From NCBI RefSeq assembly GCF_009914755.1, contig NC_060929.1: DNA of 64,000 nt; one strand, 5' to 3'. The position numbers and the translations under genes are program-made. The notes under the pieces were generated by a model that saw only the letters and a list, made by a program, of their open reading frames with translations, had not been told where the DNA came from and made no database searches. Shown here piece after piece: positions 46,325 through 59,169 of this stretch (positions are counted from its first letter, which is position 1; every line of letters begins with the position of its first letter). This DNA comes from the human T2T-CHM13v2.0 reference genome, Homo sapiens.

Positions 46325-46520
46325 CCAGTCTCTGGAGCCAGATAGCCAATATTTGAATCATGGTCTGACCACTCCTTAGCTGACTCTCACTAACAGGTTA
46401 TTTAATGCATCGTTGACTCATTTTCTTCATCTTTAAAATAAAGTTAATAATTCTACTTGTCTTACAGTGTTTTTATGAAAACTAAATGAATTAATAGCTG
46501 TATAATGTTTAGAATCTCAC
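46325..46520 (+). mobile_element. MIR
   Basis: tctggagccagatagcc..ctcattttcttcatctttaaaataaag..taaatgaattaata. Confidence 0.75.
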
Positions 46521-47273
46521 TTGTTTTTATTGTCATTATTAACTACTGAAAGTTAACAGAAAAGTGAAGGCAGTAGAAAAGAAAACAAAGTTTACAGTAA
46601 TGTACACACCAATGTGCATTGTGAGGCAAAAATTATTTACAAACCATAAAGCCACCACACTCATTGGCTCTTGCAGTAAGAAAAAGTTCTGATTGATCAA
46701 TAAAGCATTTGTTCTTTCTCTTCAATTCAGTGAGCTAGAAGTGCTCCCACAGGAATGGGATAAAATCAAAATTATCTTACGATATGATATGCAGCAAAGT
46801 TGATAACGGGTTCCTTCTCATCTTCCAGAAATGGATGCTATAATTATGGAAATCTCTCAGATAAAAGTGGGCTACTCAAGATTCTCAAGTTATTTATTTA
46901 AAATACAATTTCTTATCTGTTACCTGTTTCATAAAGCAATATACCATTCTACTTCTCACTTACATAGAAACTGCGTCTTTAAAACTCCAAAGTTATAAAA
47001 GAAAAAAGAAACAAAACCACATGTTTATAATCCAGATTGATTAAATAAACTATTTTACCTTTATTTTCATTTTTGCCATTATAGAAACAATAAAAAGGAT
47101 AAAGGAAGAAAAATAGCTCAAAATGACTCTTAATTTCTTTTTTGTTATTTTAAAAACTGATTTAAACTGTCAGTATACACACACACACACAAAGCCCCTA
47201 CCTTTGTGTGAAAATATGCCGCCTCAGAGTATGATGTCTAACTAGTCTAAATGGATTAAAACTGAATTATGTC

Positions 47274-47540
47274 TTACTTGGGAAGTTGAGGCAGAAGGAT
47301 CACTCGAGGTCAGAAGTTCAAGACCAGACTAGGCAACATGGCGAGACGCCACCTCTAAAAATTAAGTTTAAAAAATTAGCTAGGTATACTAACGCATGCC
47401 TGTAGTCTTACTACTAAGGAGGCTGAGGTGTGAGGATTGCTTGAGCCAAGGAGTAGGAGGAAGCAGTGAGCTGTGATTGGTCTACTGCACTCCAGCATGA
47501 GTGACAGAGTGAGAGGCTATCTCTAAAAACAGACAAACAA
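47274..47540 (+). mobile_element. AluJ, 5'-truncated by ~35 nt
   Basis: gaggcagaaggatcactcgaggtcag..ggattgcttgagcc; TSD aaaactgaatt(a/g)tgtc at 47258-47273 and 47541-47556. Confidence 0.9.
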
Positions 47541-47984
47541 AAAACTGAATTGTGTCAACTGAATTGTGTGGTCATGTTAGTATTTATTAACAAATAAAAA
47601 TTATGAATGAGTATTAAAATACAATAATTTTTAATAATAATATTTTATCATTTATTGACCTAAAAGAAAGTAGGGACAATTATGATGAAAAATAAAATTT
47701 ACGTGATAGCAAAAACCAATTTTGTGATTTTTATGTTGAACACAGTGGGAGAATGGAGCCATCTGAAAAGAGCAGGGACCACTCCAACTGCAAGCCTGTA
47801 TCATTTATAATGTCAATCTATTTTATTTAGAATAAATATATGGTGTCACAATGAGGAGAAATCAGTGGTTTCTCTAGCATCTTTTTGAACCAGATAGGCC
47901 ATGTCTTGCTATTAAATTTGTTGTTTACCTGGGAACTTTCTCACAAATTTCAAAAGCATTTACCTCCTTACATCTATCAGAGAA

Positions 47985-50900
47985 TTGGAGACGTCAGCAA
48001 GATGACAGAAGAGGAGGCTCAGGACTCTCTCTCCACCCACAGATGAACCAAATAAACACCTACGCACAGATCAATTCCCTCTGAGAAAAATTCAGAAACA
48101 GTTAAGAGACTCCTGTATACCAAATGACTGAGAAAATTCCCATTTAAAAATGGATAAGAAAAGCTGAGACACACTTTGGCCATAAATTCTGTTTCCAACA
48201 CAGCACCAAGCAAATGGGAGAGAACCCTCCTCTCTCAGTTTTTCCCTGAGGAGCAAAGGGTTTGGACAACACATCTAATGTCCCAACTTTGACGGCTGCT
48301 ACCCAACAGACTGACTCTTAACTTTCTTATCTCTAGAAGCTGACAAAGACCACTAGGCAATAGTATTCTGGGACCGCAGAAGGGAAAATAAGATGGTTTT
48401 AAACAGGCACAGGTGCACTTAACACACCTATTCTTTCTTGCTCAGTGCAGTCAGAAAGCGATAAACCTCAGCTTCCAGCTTCTCCCTGGAAGGAGTTATA
48501 CTGCACGTCTAACCTCTCAACTTTTTCAGACGCTGCCTGAGAGTCTGATGTCTAACCAGTCCACATCTGGAAGCTAAAAGGGCAGGCAGTCACTAGTTTT
48601 CTGAGAACTTGAATGGACATGCGGACACTTTCCAACACTCCTCTGTTAGGTTTGCTCCATTGAAAAAAAATAAGCCTTTCATCTTCATGTTGGAAACTGA
48701 ACTATACAATTAGTTCCTTGACTTTTCCAGCTGCTGTCTGAGGGTCTGGCTACTAAATTTCCAGAGCTAATAGGGCCTTGGGATTCACTAATCCCCCAGG
48801 GTCTATAGAGAACAAAGTGGCATTTTTAAATGGCCATATAGGTACTTTCTGCAACTCCTGTCTGGCTTACACCAGTTATAAAACTCAGCTCCCAGTTGGG
48901 AGAGGTTAGACTACATATTTGGAGCCTTGACTTTTCCAGCTGCTACCTGAAGATCCAACTTCTATCTTGCCTATTTCTTGGAGCTGATGGAGAAAGCAAT
49001 CACTAGTTCCCTGGGAGTTTATGCCCACGTGGGTACTTCCCATTGCTCCTCCTCCTGGCTCCTTTCAGTGAAAAAAAATCATTTCTACAGCATTTCCACA
49101 GAAGGAGTTTGATTATCCCTTTAGCTCCACAACTTTTCTGCTTGCTACCTGAGGAACTGGCCTCTAACCCATTTGTATCTGAAAGGTAATGAGGCCTGGC
49201 ATTCTCCAGACCTCTTGAGGGTGACAGAGAACAAAGCAACAGTTTGAAAGAGCAAAAAGTCTGAATGACTGTACAAGCATTTGCCATAGCTTACCTCCTG
49301 GCTCAGTTAAGAGATAGTGGGTGATAAGTTCCAGCTTCCAGCTTCTCCCTAAAGAGAGAAAAATTGAATCACATATCTAGTACCTGAACTTTTCCAGTGG
49401 CTAATAAAAGGAGTGGATCCTATCTCATCTGTTTCAGGGCACTGACAGGACTTGGCATACTCTAGTTTCTTAGAGGCCACTAGGAAGAAAAATGGCAGCT
49501 GGACAAGCACAAAGGTTTGAAAGGCACCAGAATCTCTCATGAGACTGATTGGCAAGCATCATTTCCTATATCAAAAAAGCATGTGAATGTTGGGAGAAGT
49601 GGATGTTTCATCTAATGCACAGAAACCAACACAGAGAGTCAAAGAAAAGAAAGAAACATGAAAATATGTTCCAAATAAAATAATAGAAAAATCTTCCAAA
49701 ACAAATTAGAATGAAATGGGGATATTTGATGTACCCAACAGAGAATTCAAAATAATGGTCATAAAAATGCTTATTAAGTTCAGGAGAGCAGTGAATAAGT
49801 GAAATTTTTAACAAAGTGATAGAAAATATTAAAAGTGCCAAACAAAAACTATAGAACTAAATAGTATCAACTAAACTGAAAAATTAAATAGAGCATTTCA
49901 TCAGTAGATTAGATCAAGCAAAAGAAAGAATCACTGAACTTGAAGATGGGTCATTAGAAACCATCCAATCAGAGGAGCTAAAAATAAAAGGAATGAAAAG
50001 GATAACTTTAGGGAAATATGGAACATTACTAAGAGGACAAAAATATTCATTACAAAAGTCAAATAAAGAGATGACAGAGAAAAGAGGACAGACAAGTTGA
50101 TAAAAAAAAAATGACCCAAAACTTCCCTAACCTGGGGAAAGAAATAGACATCCAGATTTAAGAACCCCAAAGGACACTAAATACGATGAATCCAAAGAGA
50201 TCTACACCAAGACATATTATAATCAAATTGTCAAAAGTGCACTGGAGGTGATGGGAACCTCTTGTGAATAAACACAATCTTGAACAATCCGTGGGTCAAA
50301 GATCAAATCAAAACGGAATTTTAAAAATATCTCGAGATAAATAAAAATGAAAACAAAACATGCCAAAATGTGTAGAAGGTAGCAAAAGCAGTACTAGGTT
50401 GGGAGGTTTATACTAAAAAAAGGAAAGATCTCAAATAAACACTCTAACATTATACCTAAACTAAATAGAAAAATAAACACAATCTAAGCCCAAAGTTAGC
50501 AGAAGAAATGATAAAAATTGGAGCAGAAATAAATTTAAAAATAGAAAAAAATCAACAAAACTAAGAGTGACCTTCTGAAACAGACAAATAAAATTGGCCA
50601 ACCCTTTGCTAGACTAACATAAAATAGAGAAGAGGCAAATAAAGAAAATTAGAAATAAAATGAGAAGCATTACAGCTGGTGCTTCAGAATAAAATGGATC
50701 AAAAGGGACGATTATGCACAATTATATGTCAACAAATTGAATTACACTGAAGAAGAGGGTTTAAAAAAACTCAGTATCATATGATTTCACAATTAAATTT
50801 TACCAAACATTTAAGAATAATTAATAGCAATTAATCTCAAACTCTTCCAAAAAAAATGGAAAAAAGAAGAAACACTGCTAAACTCATTTTATGAGGCCAG

Positions 50901-52110
50901 CATCACACAGACATCAAGACCAGAAAGAAAAAACAAAAACATGCACACAAGAAAAGAAAACTACAGGCAAATATCTCTGATGAATATACATGTAAAAATC
51001 CTCAATAAAATAACAGCAAAATTAATTCAACAGCACATTAAAACAACTGTACACCATGATCAAGTGGGATTTATCCCTAGAATGTAAGATAGTTCAAAAT
51101 TTTCAAGTTTATTAATGTGATTCAATGTATTAACAGAATAAAAGGTAAAAACCATATGATTATATCAATAAATGTGGAAGGAAAGTTAGAGTTCCACATC
51201 TATTCGTGACAAAATCTCTCAATAAAATAGGTATAGAAGAAACTTATCTCAGTACAGTAAAAACCATTTTTGACAACCTTACAACTAATGTCATAATCAA
51301 TATTAAAAATTTGAAAGCTTCTATTTTAAAATCAGCAACAAGGGAAGGATATGCACTCTTGCTACTTCTATTCAACATGGTACTGAAAGTACAAGCTGAA
51401 GCAATTAGGCAAGAAAAAGAAACACAGGGCACCTACATTGGAAAGGAAGAAATAAAATTTTCTCTCCTTGCAAATGACATGATTCTGTATGTAGAAAACT
51501 GTAAAGACTAAACAATAAGCCTGTGAATTTTTTTTAAATCAGTAAAGTTGCAGGATGCCAAATTAACATATAAAAATTAGTAGTGTTTCTTTACACAAAC
51601 AATGAATTTCTGAAAGGGAAATTATAAAAAACATTTACAATAGCACCAAAAGAATAAAATACTTAGAAATAAACATAGCCAAGAACGTGAAATATCTGTA
51701 TACTAAAACTAGAAAACTTTATGAAATAAATTGAAGACAAAAATAGTCATTCATCACTTAACAATGGGTATACATTCTGAGAAATGCATAGTTAGGTGAC
51801 TATATTATTGTGCAAATTTTATAGAGTATATAACACAAACCTAGATGGTGTAGCCTACTATAAACCTAAACTATTTGGTATAGCCTATTGCTTCTAGAGA
51901 TAAACCCATATAGCATGTTACTGTACCAAATTGTATAAAGAAAAAGTAGCATAATGATAGTATTTGTGTGATAGGAGATTTTCAGTTTCATCATAACCTT
52001 AGGGGACCACTATTATATATGCAAGGCATCATTAACTAAAACATCATTATGAGGTACATGACTGTAAATGGAAGACATCCCACATTCATGGATTGGAAGA
52101 TTTAATATTT
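47985..52110 (+). mobile_element. Old L1M: 5' UTR with tandem monomers, partial ORF1, internal deletion, partial ORF2
   Basis: Starts with cagcaagatgacaga. ORF1-like at 49640-50238 and ORF2-like at 50265-52110 (ORF 51206-51511, LLLFNMVL..IRQEKE..LLANDMILY). Confidence 0.8.
51744..52064. mobile_element. Tigger3a (MER7)-like MITE inserted in the L1M
   Basis: Ends tagtcat... and ...catgactg+TA; internal ttctgagaaatgc..acacaaacctagatggtgtagcctacta. Confidence 0.85.
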
Positions 52111-52111
52111 C

Positions 52112-52270
52112 ACAATATCCCTGCAAGTTTGGAATTACTATCCCTACTTAAAGATAGGACAGCTAAGGCTCAGAGATTTGAAGTCATTTTTCTGAAGTGA
52201 GAGCTAATAAGTGGTAGAGAAAAAATTTTAATACAGCACATTTATGTCTAAAGTGTGTACTATTTTTAGT
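52112..52270 (-). mobile_element. MIR
   Basis: ctaaggctcagagatttgaagtca..gctaataagtggtagag. Confidence 0.7.
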
Positions 52271-54449
52271 AAGCCACTCAAACAGAGGTGTCATTTATAA
52301 AAGTGCTTTGTAAATTGCCAAAAGCTATACAAATACAGATTATGATAATAGTAAATGAGTTATTTTAATCAAGGCCTATAAAGTTGATGTTATATTTGCC
52401 TTATTATGACGTTATAATGGATGTATAATATAATGTTTGTGAAGTAAAATCAACCACAGAAAACTAGCTCAGCAAACAAATGCTTTTTCCTCTGGATTCT
52501 AGGGACATTTTTACTATAACCTACTGAGACACTTCCCTTTCTGTCAACTAATAGGCTTTTGATGAGAACATTTTAGATCTATCTAAAGATGTATTATAAT
52601 TTTTAATTTGCTCTATTTATTTAATGAAAGTTATTGAGACTAATCCTCATTTTCTTGTTAGTGTAAAAAAAAAAGATTTCCATTTAATTAAAATTAATGA
52701 CCTTCACACTGAAAAAAGATTTTTGAGTTCTGAGAATGAGATTTAAGACTTAGTATAAAAGGGGAGCCTGGCATAAATTTAATAAATTGGAAGCACTCTT
52801 TAGCAAATATGCTGACAATTTCCTTTGCAAGTTTTAATTCTCCCAACGCAAAAGCAGTGAAGAGAAATTGTAGTTTGCTAACAGACTATGAGAGTCTTTG
52901 CAGGTGACATTACTTTGATTTTGGCCTCCTGTCCCATTTATAACTAAATGTATACTTAATTTCAAAAATTTCCCATACTATGAATGGGTAAAATAAAAGG
53001 GGAAATGGAATTTAAATGCCACAAAGCCACCCTTAATATTGTATCATCTTGTGCACAGTCAAGCTTTAGATGTTAATGGGAAAATTAAATTAAAGGTTTT
53101 AACATAAAACCAGAAGATTAGGCAAACAGCAAAATATATTTTGCTGTGCATGCCTATTGAGTATACTCATATAAATCTTTCCTAGCATACTTTAAGCTTG
53201 CATGAATAATTTATTAGAAAAGCAAAAGTAAAATTCCCACCATGCTGAACTATTGCAATTATTTTTTCTTAAAGTCAATGGATATAGTGAGGTTTTTTTT
53301 TTTAAAAAAGAGAAGATTCAAGAACAAATCCATTTAATCCTGTCTTTTAATCTAAAATCAAATTTCACCTAACAGATACTGTGAAAATTAAAAGACAAAT
53401 GAGAGCAGCCACTGCTTCTTTCTAAAACAACAGGTTGTCTAGTTTGGTTGACTGCAACTCAGTTAACAGTCCTTGTCTAGGTCCAATATAGCTATTTTAT
53501 TTATAAAAAACATTCTTCTTGGAAATAAGAGATTGGAGAAAATACCCACAAAGTGAAGTTGGAGACTATCTTTCCTAAGAACTTTTTTCAATTGTTCTTT
53601 AGAGCATTTGAAAATTTAAAAAGAAAAAAAAAAGTTGAGTTGCCATTGGAATGCAGAGAGAATGGTTAGAAACGGTCCCTTGAAAAAACATTATACTTCT
53701 TAAATCATGAAATACAAGCTATAAACAGGCTGCCTAAGGAAATCACCTGGGATTAGTAGATGACTGCTCCAGAGGGAAGAAAAGACGAAAAAGATGGTTC
53801 CTGTTCTTACTTGTCAGCCAGTAACAGTATTTGAGTCATTCTCATGGAACAGGTTGTATTATTTGACCAGAACAGTGAAAAGTGGATTAGCCAAAATCTG
53901 ACTGGGCTTATTCCCAAATGCTAGTAAAGGAGGGGAGGGGATGAAGTCATCAAGTTGTATTTAAATTTGTTTTTAAAGGCACATTTGAGATAATGCCTCT
54001 TCAGAGACTGTGCTTAGAGTAATCAAATGGCGAAGCTGCAAGCATTTTAAAAGTTCTGCAATGCACCCTGACAAGTCAACAGCATCCAGACTTGTTTGCT
54101 TCTTCCAGGACTCATCAGGCTTTGCAACTGTTCTTTCCCAAATGTGCTTAGACAGTAAGAGAATAATTAATTTACCCTGAGCACCGAAGACAGGTTCAGA
54201 AAGCAACAACAGAAAGGCCGAGGTCAGGGTTCACGGGCTGGTAGATCCTCTCATTCTGCCCCAACAACCCCTTTCAAAGCTCTGCAGATCTGATGGCCAG
54301 ACTGCAACTGGGAAAAATGCAAGTGATGCTGCTGTGCAAGCTCAGAGAGTCTGTGAAAAAAGTTCCATTCAATTGCTATTAAACCACTAGTTCATATTCA
54401 CATGGTTCTTAATACAGCCTTCCCCCAGAGGACAGAATAAGAAATCTGT

Positions 54450-54790
54450 AATCATTTCATTGAATAACAAACTATTTACTCAATGTCTACTAAACGCCAA
54501 GTACTATATGAGGCATTGGGAATGTAGCAATAAACAAATACACAAAGTTCTTGCCTTTGATAACCTTAAAGTTTAGTGAAATATGCAAGGAATTAAACAA
54601 TTATGTCTATGCATATATACATAAATACAAAACACGATATGGCCTCCAAATAAAAATTATAAGGTATAATTATTGATTATAGCAGAGATGCTTGATCTAG
54701 CTGGGAAAGAGTCATTTTCACTGAGACCCAAAGAATGAGGAAAATTTAAAAAAGTATAGAATGTAGGGAATAGTCCAGAAAATACAAGCA
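54450..54790 (-). mobile_element. L2 3' fragment
   Basis: aacaaactatttactcaatgtctactaaacgccaagtactatatgaggcattgggaat. Confidence 0.65.
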
Positions 54791-55243
54791 ACATAAAGGT
54801 AGGAGCCCATTGAGCTCTAGACCCAAGAGGATGCAGAGGCTACATAATAGCAAGACATTAAAAGGAAAGATGATTAGATGTTGGGGGTGGGTGATTCACA
54901 GAAGCTAATGCTGGAGCATAGTACAAAAAGAAAGTTGTCTTAGAAAGAATCGAAATGAAAAAGCATCCTCAAATTTCCCTTTTCTGTGACTTGTGAACAG
55001 AGGACAGCAGGGTTAGCAGGGTAGAGAATACACAGACCATATCTGCCTGATGTCAAATGACTCACAGTTAAAACAGAAGGGTTGAGATGATTCTCCATGG
55101 GGATTTTGCCTGGACAGCAGTTCCACTTACTTTGTGCCCTGAGTTGAACTTACGGTGTCACAATCAGTAGAAGTATTTATATCTATGTGTCCATTTAAGA
55201 CTCATAGAGGAGCCAGTGTTCAAAAACATAACCATCGTCTTTT

Positions 55244-55808
55244 TTTTAATTATACTTTAAGTTCTAGGGTACATGTGCACAATATGCAGATTTGTTACAT
55301 ATGTATACCTGTGCCACGTTGGTGTGCTGCACCCATTAACTCGTCATTTAACATTAGGCATATATCCTAATGCTATCCCTCCCCCTCCCCCCATTCCACA
55401 ACAGGCCCCAGTGTCTGATGTTCCCCTTCCTGTGTCCAAGTGTTCTCATTATTCAATTCCCACCTATGAGTGAGAACGTGCGGTTAGTTTTCTGTCCTTG
55501 CAATAGTTTGCTGAGAGTAATGGTTTCCAGCTTCATCCATGTCCCTACAAAGGACATGAACTCATCCTTTTTTATGGCTGCATAGTATTCCATGGTGTAT
55601 ATGTGCCACATTTTCTTAATACAGTCTATCATTGTTGGATATTTGGGTGGGTTCCAAGTCTTTGCTATTGTGAATAGTGCCACAATAAACATACATGTGC
55701 ACGTGTCTTTATAGCAGCATGATTTATAATCCTTTGGGTATATACCCAGTAATGGGATGGCTGGGTCAAATGGTATTTCTAGTTCTAGATCTTTGAGGAA
55801 TCACCACA
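55244..55808 (-). mobile_element. 5'-truncated L1PA5-like element (~565 bp)
   Basis: ttatactttaagttctagggtacatgtgcac..ttaactcgtcattt; ORF2 C-terminal remnant at 55453-55692. Imperfect TSD catc(g/c)tct(t/c)tt at 55233-55243 and 55807-55817. Confidence 0.92.
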
Positions 55809-56883
55809 TCCTCTCTTAATGTCTTCCCAGCTTTGAAGAGATCAGGACCCAACTTTCCTACTGGATCTATCCTGAATCACTTGAGTAAGTCTCAGCGTTG
55901 ATTGGTATAAAGTTTTGGCACAAATTATTTCTCTGAAACGTAAATCCAGTGAAAGTTAAAGTATATTTTGATAACTTAAGATGATCTATTCTCACCAGAG
56001 CATACCATACAACATCAGGACAATCAGCAAGCAAGAGCTTTGGAGTTTCTACAGTTTCTCAGGAGAGATACTCTAGGTATACTTCTTGTCTAGACAGAAG
56101 ACTTGCTCAGTCAAAAGAAACACAAAGACGGAATTGCCAAGCCTCATATACACACAGTCACACCACCCTAAAATTAAAACATAATTATCTATGTGGAAAC
56201 CTCCCTTTTACATGATATTGATGAGCTCTAACATCTAGATTCCTGGTTAAATTTTGACATTATTGAGCATTACAGAAGTCCAATTATATTGTGGCTGACT
56301 CTAGACTGATGCAATCAGTTCTCTAACAAAACTGGGAACAATGGAATGTGGTAGACCTTGCTGGGCCCTACCACAGTCACTTCTAGCAAAAGATAAAAAA
56401 TATTTACTTAACTATATTTTCTTTAAAGTATTGGCTCACTTTATTGAAAAATCTACAATATAGCTTCAGGTATAGATTGACCCTAAATTAAAACTTCACC
56501 ATTTCTCAACTACATTTCTTTTAATTTGCCTCATCTCTGTGGTACAAAAAGCACTGTAATAGCTTCAAGCTTCCTATCATCCTTCCACCATGCCCTAAAG
56601 AAAATACAGAAGGATCCCTTTTGTAATCCCCACATGGTGAAGAAGAAATATTGCCTTCTCAAAATACTCTGTAAGTGTTTCTTTTTTATCACTGGTTATG
56701 TAAGTGTTATGTACTCATCTATTAAATGAGTACAGTGACGAGGGGAATGTCATAGGATAGTTGCCTCAAGAATGCTATCAATCCTATTCAAACCACACTG
56801 ATGAAAATATAACGAGTGGGCTACTGAAAAATAAATAAATAAGTGGTGCTGTTGACAGGAAAGAGGGAAAAAGGCTGGAGAGG

Positions 56884-59169
56884 TGATACGGTTTAGCTGT
56901 GTCCCCACCCAAATTTCAACTTGAATTGTATCTCTCAGAATTCTCATGTGTTGTGGGAGGGACCCAGGGGGAGATAATTGAATCAAATCATGGAGGCCAG
57001 TCTTTCCTGTATTATTCTCATGATAGTGAATTAATTCTCACAAGATCTGATGGCTTTATCAGGGGTTTCTGATTTTGCTTCTTCCTCATGTTTTTCCTGC
57101 TACCACCATGTAAGAAGTGGCTTTCACTTCCTGCCATGATTCTGAGGCCTCCCCAACCATGTGAAACTGTAAGTCCAATTAAACTTATTTTTCTTCCCAG
57201 TCTCAGATGTGACTTTATCAGCAGTGTGAAAACAGACTAGTACCATAAATTGATACCAAGAGTAGGGTGTTGCTTAAAAGATACCCGAAAAATTGAAAGC
57301 CACATTGGAACTGGATAATAAGCAGAGGTTGGAACAGTTTGGAGGGCTCAAAAGAATACAGGAAAATGTGGGAAAGTTGGGAACTTCCTAGAGACGTGTT
57401 GAATGGCTTTGCCCAAAATGCTGATAGCCATATGGACAATAAGGTCCAGGCTGAAGTGGTCTCAGATGAAAAGGGACTTGTTGGGAACTGGAGTAAAGGT
57501 GACTCTTTTTATGTTTTAGCAAAGAGACTGGCAGCATTTTGCCCCTGCCCTAGAGATTTGTGGAACTTTGAACTTGAGAAAGATGATTTAGGGTATCTGG
57601 TAGAAGAAATTTCTACGCAGCAAAGCATTCAAAAGGTGTCTTGGGTGCTGTTAAAGGCATTCAGTTTTATAAAGGAAGCAGAGCATAAAAGTTTGGGAAA
57701 TTTTCAGCCTAGCTACGCAATAGAAAAGAAAAACCCATTTTATGGGGAGAAATTCAAGCAGGCTGCCAAAATTTGCATAAGTAGCAAGGAGACTAATGTT
57801 AATCCTCAAGACCATGGGGAAAATGTCTCCAGGCAATGTCAGAGGACTTCATGGCACCCCCTACCATCACAGGCCTGGAGGCCCAGGAGGAAAAAGTGGT
57901 TTTCTGGGCTGGGCCCAGGGTCTTCATGCTGTGTGCAGCCTAGGGACTTTGTGCCCTGTGTTCCAGCCACTCCAGCCGTGGCTGAAAGGGGCCAATGTAG
58001 AGCTTGGGCTGTGGCTTCAGAGGGTGGAAACCCTAAGCTTTGGCAGCTTCCATGTGGTATTGAGCCTGTGGGTACACAGCAGTCAAGAATTGAGGGTTGG
58101 GAACCTCCTCCTAGATTTCAGAAGATGTATGGAAATGCATGGATGCCCAGGCAAAAGTTCACTGCAGGGGCAGGGACCTCCTGGAGAACCTCTGCTAGGG
58201 CAGTACAGAAGGGAAATGTGGGTTTGGAACCCCCACACAGAGTCCCAGTGGGGCACCACCTAGTGGAGCTGTGAGAATAGGGCCACCATCCTCCAGACCC
58301 CAGAATGGTAGAACCACCTACAGCTTGCACCATGCTCCTGGAAAAGCTGCAGTCACTCAATACCAGCCCATGAAAGCAGCCAGGAGGGAGAGTGTAACCT
58401 GCAAAGCCACAGGGCCAGAGCTGCCCAAGACCATGGGAACCCAGCTCTTACATCAGTGTGACCTGGATGTTAGACCTGGAGTCAAAGGAAATCATCTTGG
58501 AGATTTTAAATTTGACTGCCCCTCTGGATTTTGGACTTGCATGGGCCCTATAAACCCTTCATTTTGGGCAATTTCTCACATACGGAATGGCTGTATTTAC
58601 CCAATACCTGTACTCCCATTGTATCTAGGAAGTAACTAGCTTGCTTTTGATTTTACAGGCTCATGGGCAGAAGGGACTTGCCTTGTCTCAGATGAGACTT
58701 TGGACTGTGGACATTCGGGTTAATGCTGAAATGAGTTAAGACTTCTGGGGACTGTTGGGAAGGCATGACTAGTTTTGAAATGTGAGGACATGAGATTTGG
58801 AGGGACCATGGTGGAATGATATGGTTTGGCTGTGTCCCTGCCCAAATATCAACTTGAATTATATCTCCCAGAATTCCCACATGTTGTGGGAAGGATCCAG
58901 GAGGAGGTAATTGAATCATGGGGGCCAGTCTTTCCTGTGCTATTCTCATGAGAGTGAGCTAAGTCTCACCATATCTGATGGGTTTATCAGGGGTTTCCAC
59001 TTTTGCTTCTTCATCTTTCTCTTGCCACCGCCATGTAAGAAGTGCATTTCACCTTCTGCCATGATTCTGAGGCCTCCCCAACCATGTGAAACTGTAAGTC
59101 CAATTAAACCTCCTTTTCTTCCCAGTCTTGGGTATGTCTTTATCAGCAGCATGAGAGCAGACTAATACA
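56884..59169 (+). mobile_element. Full-length THE1A MaLR provirus (5' LTR 56884-57244, internal 57245-58816, 3' LTR 58817-59169)
   Basis: Two ~355-bp LTRs (tgata.ggttt.gctgtgtccc ... cagacta.tac.) with the THE1A-type ttatcaggggtttc..ttttgcttcttc segment. 5-bp TSD agagg at 56879-56883 and 59170-59174. Confidence 0.95.
57297..58639 (+). pseudogene. THE1A internal (MaLR) ORF with one frameshift near 58245
   Basis: Stop-free 57297-58274 (first ATG 57366); continues in the -1 frame from 58244 to YLGSN* at 58639. Confidence 0.8.

Noticed and set aside
48230-49520. CRISPR-like repeat-spacer array
   Set aside because: Whole monomers are homologous and degenerate, there are no unique spacers or cas genes, and the context is a eukaryotic L1 5' UTR.
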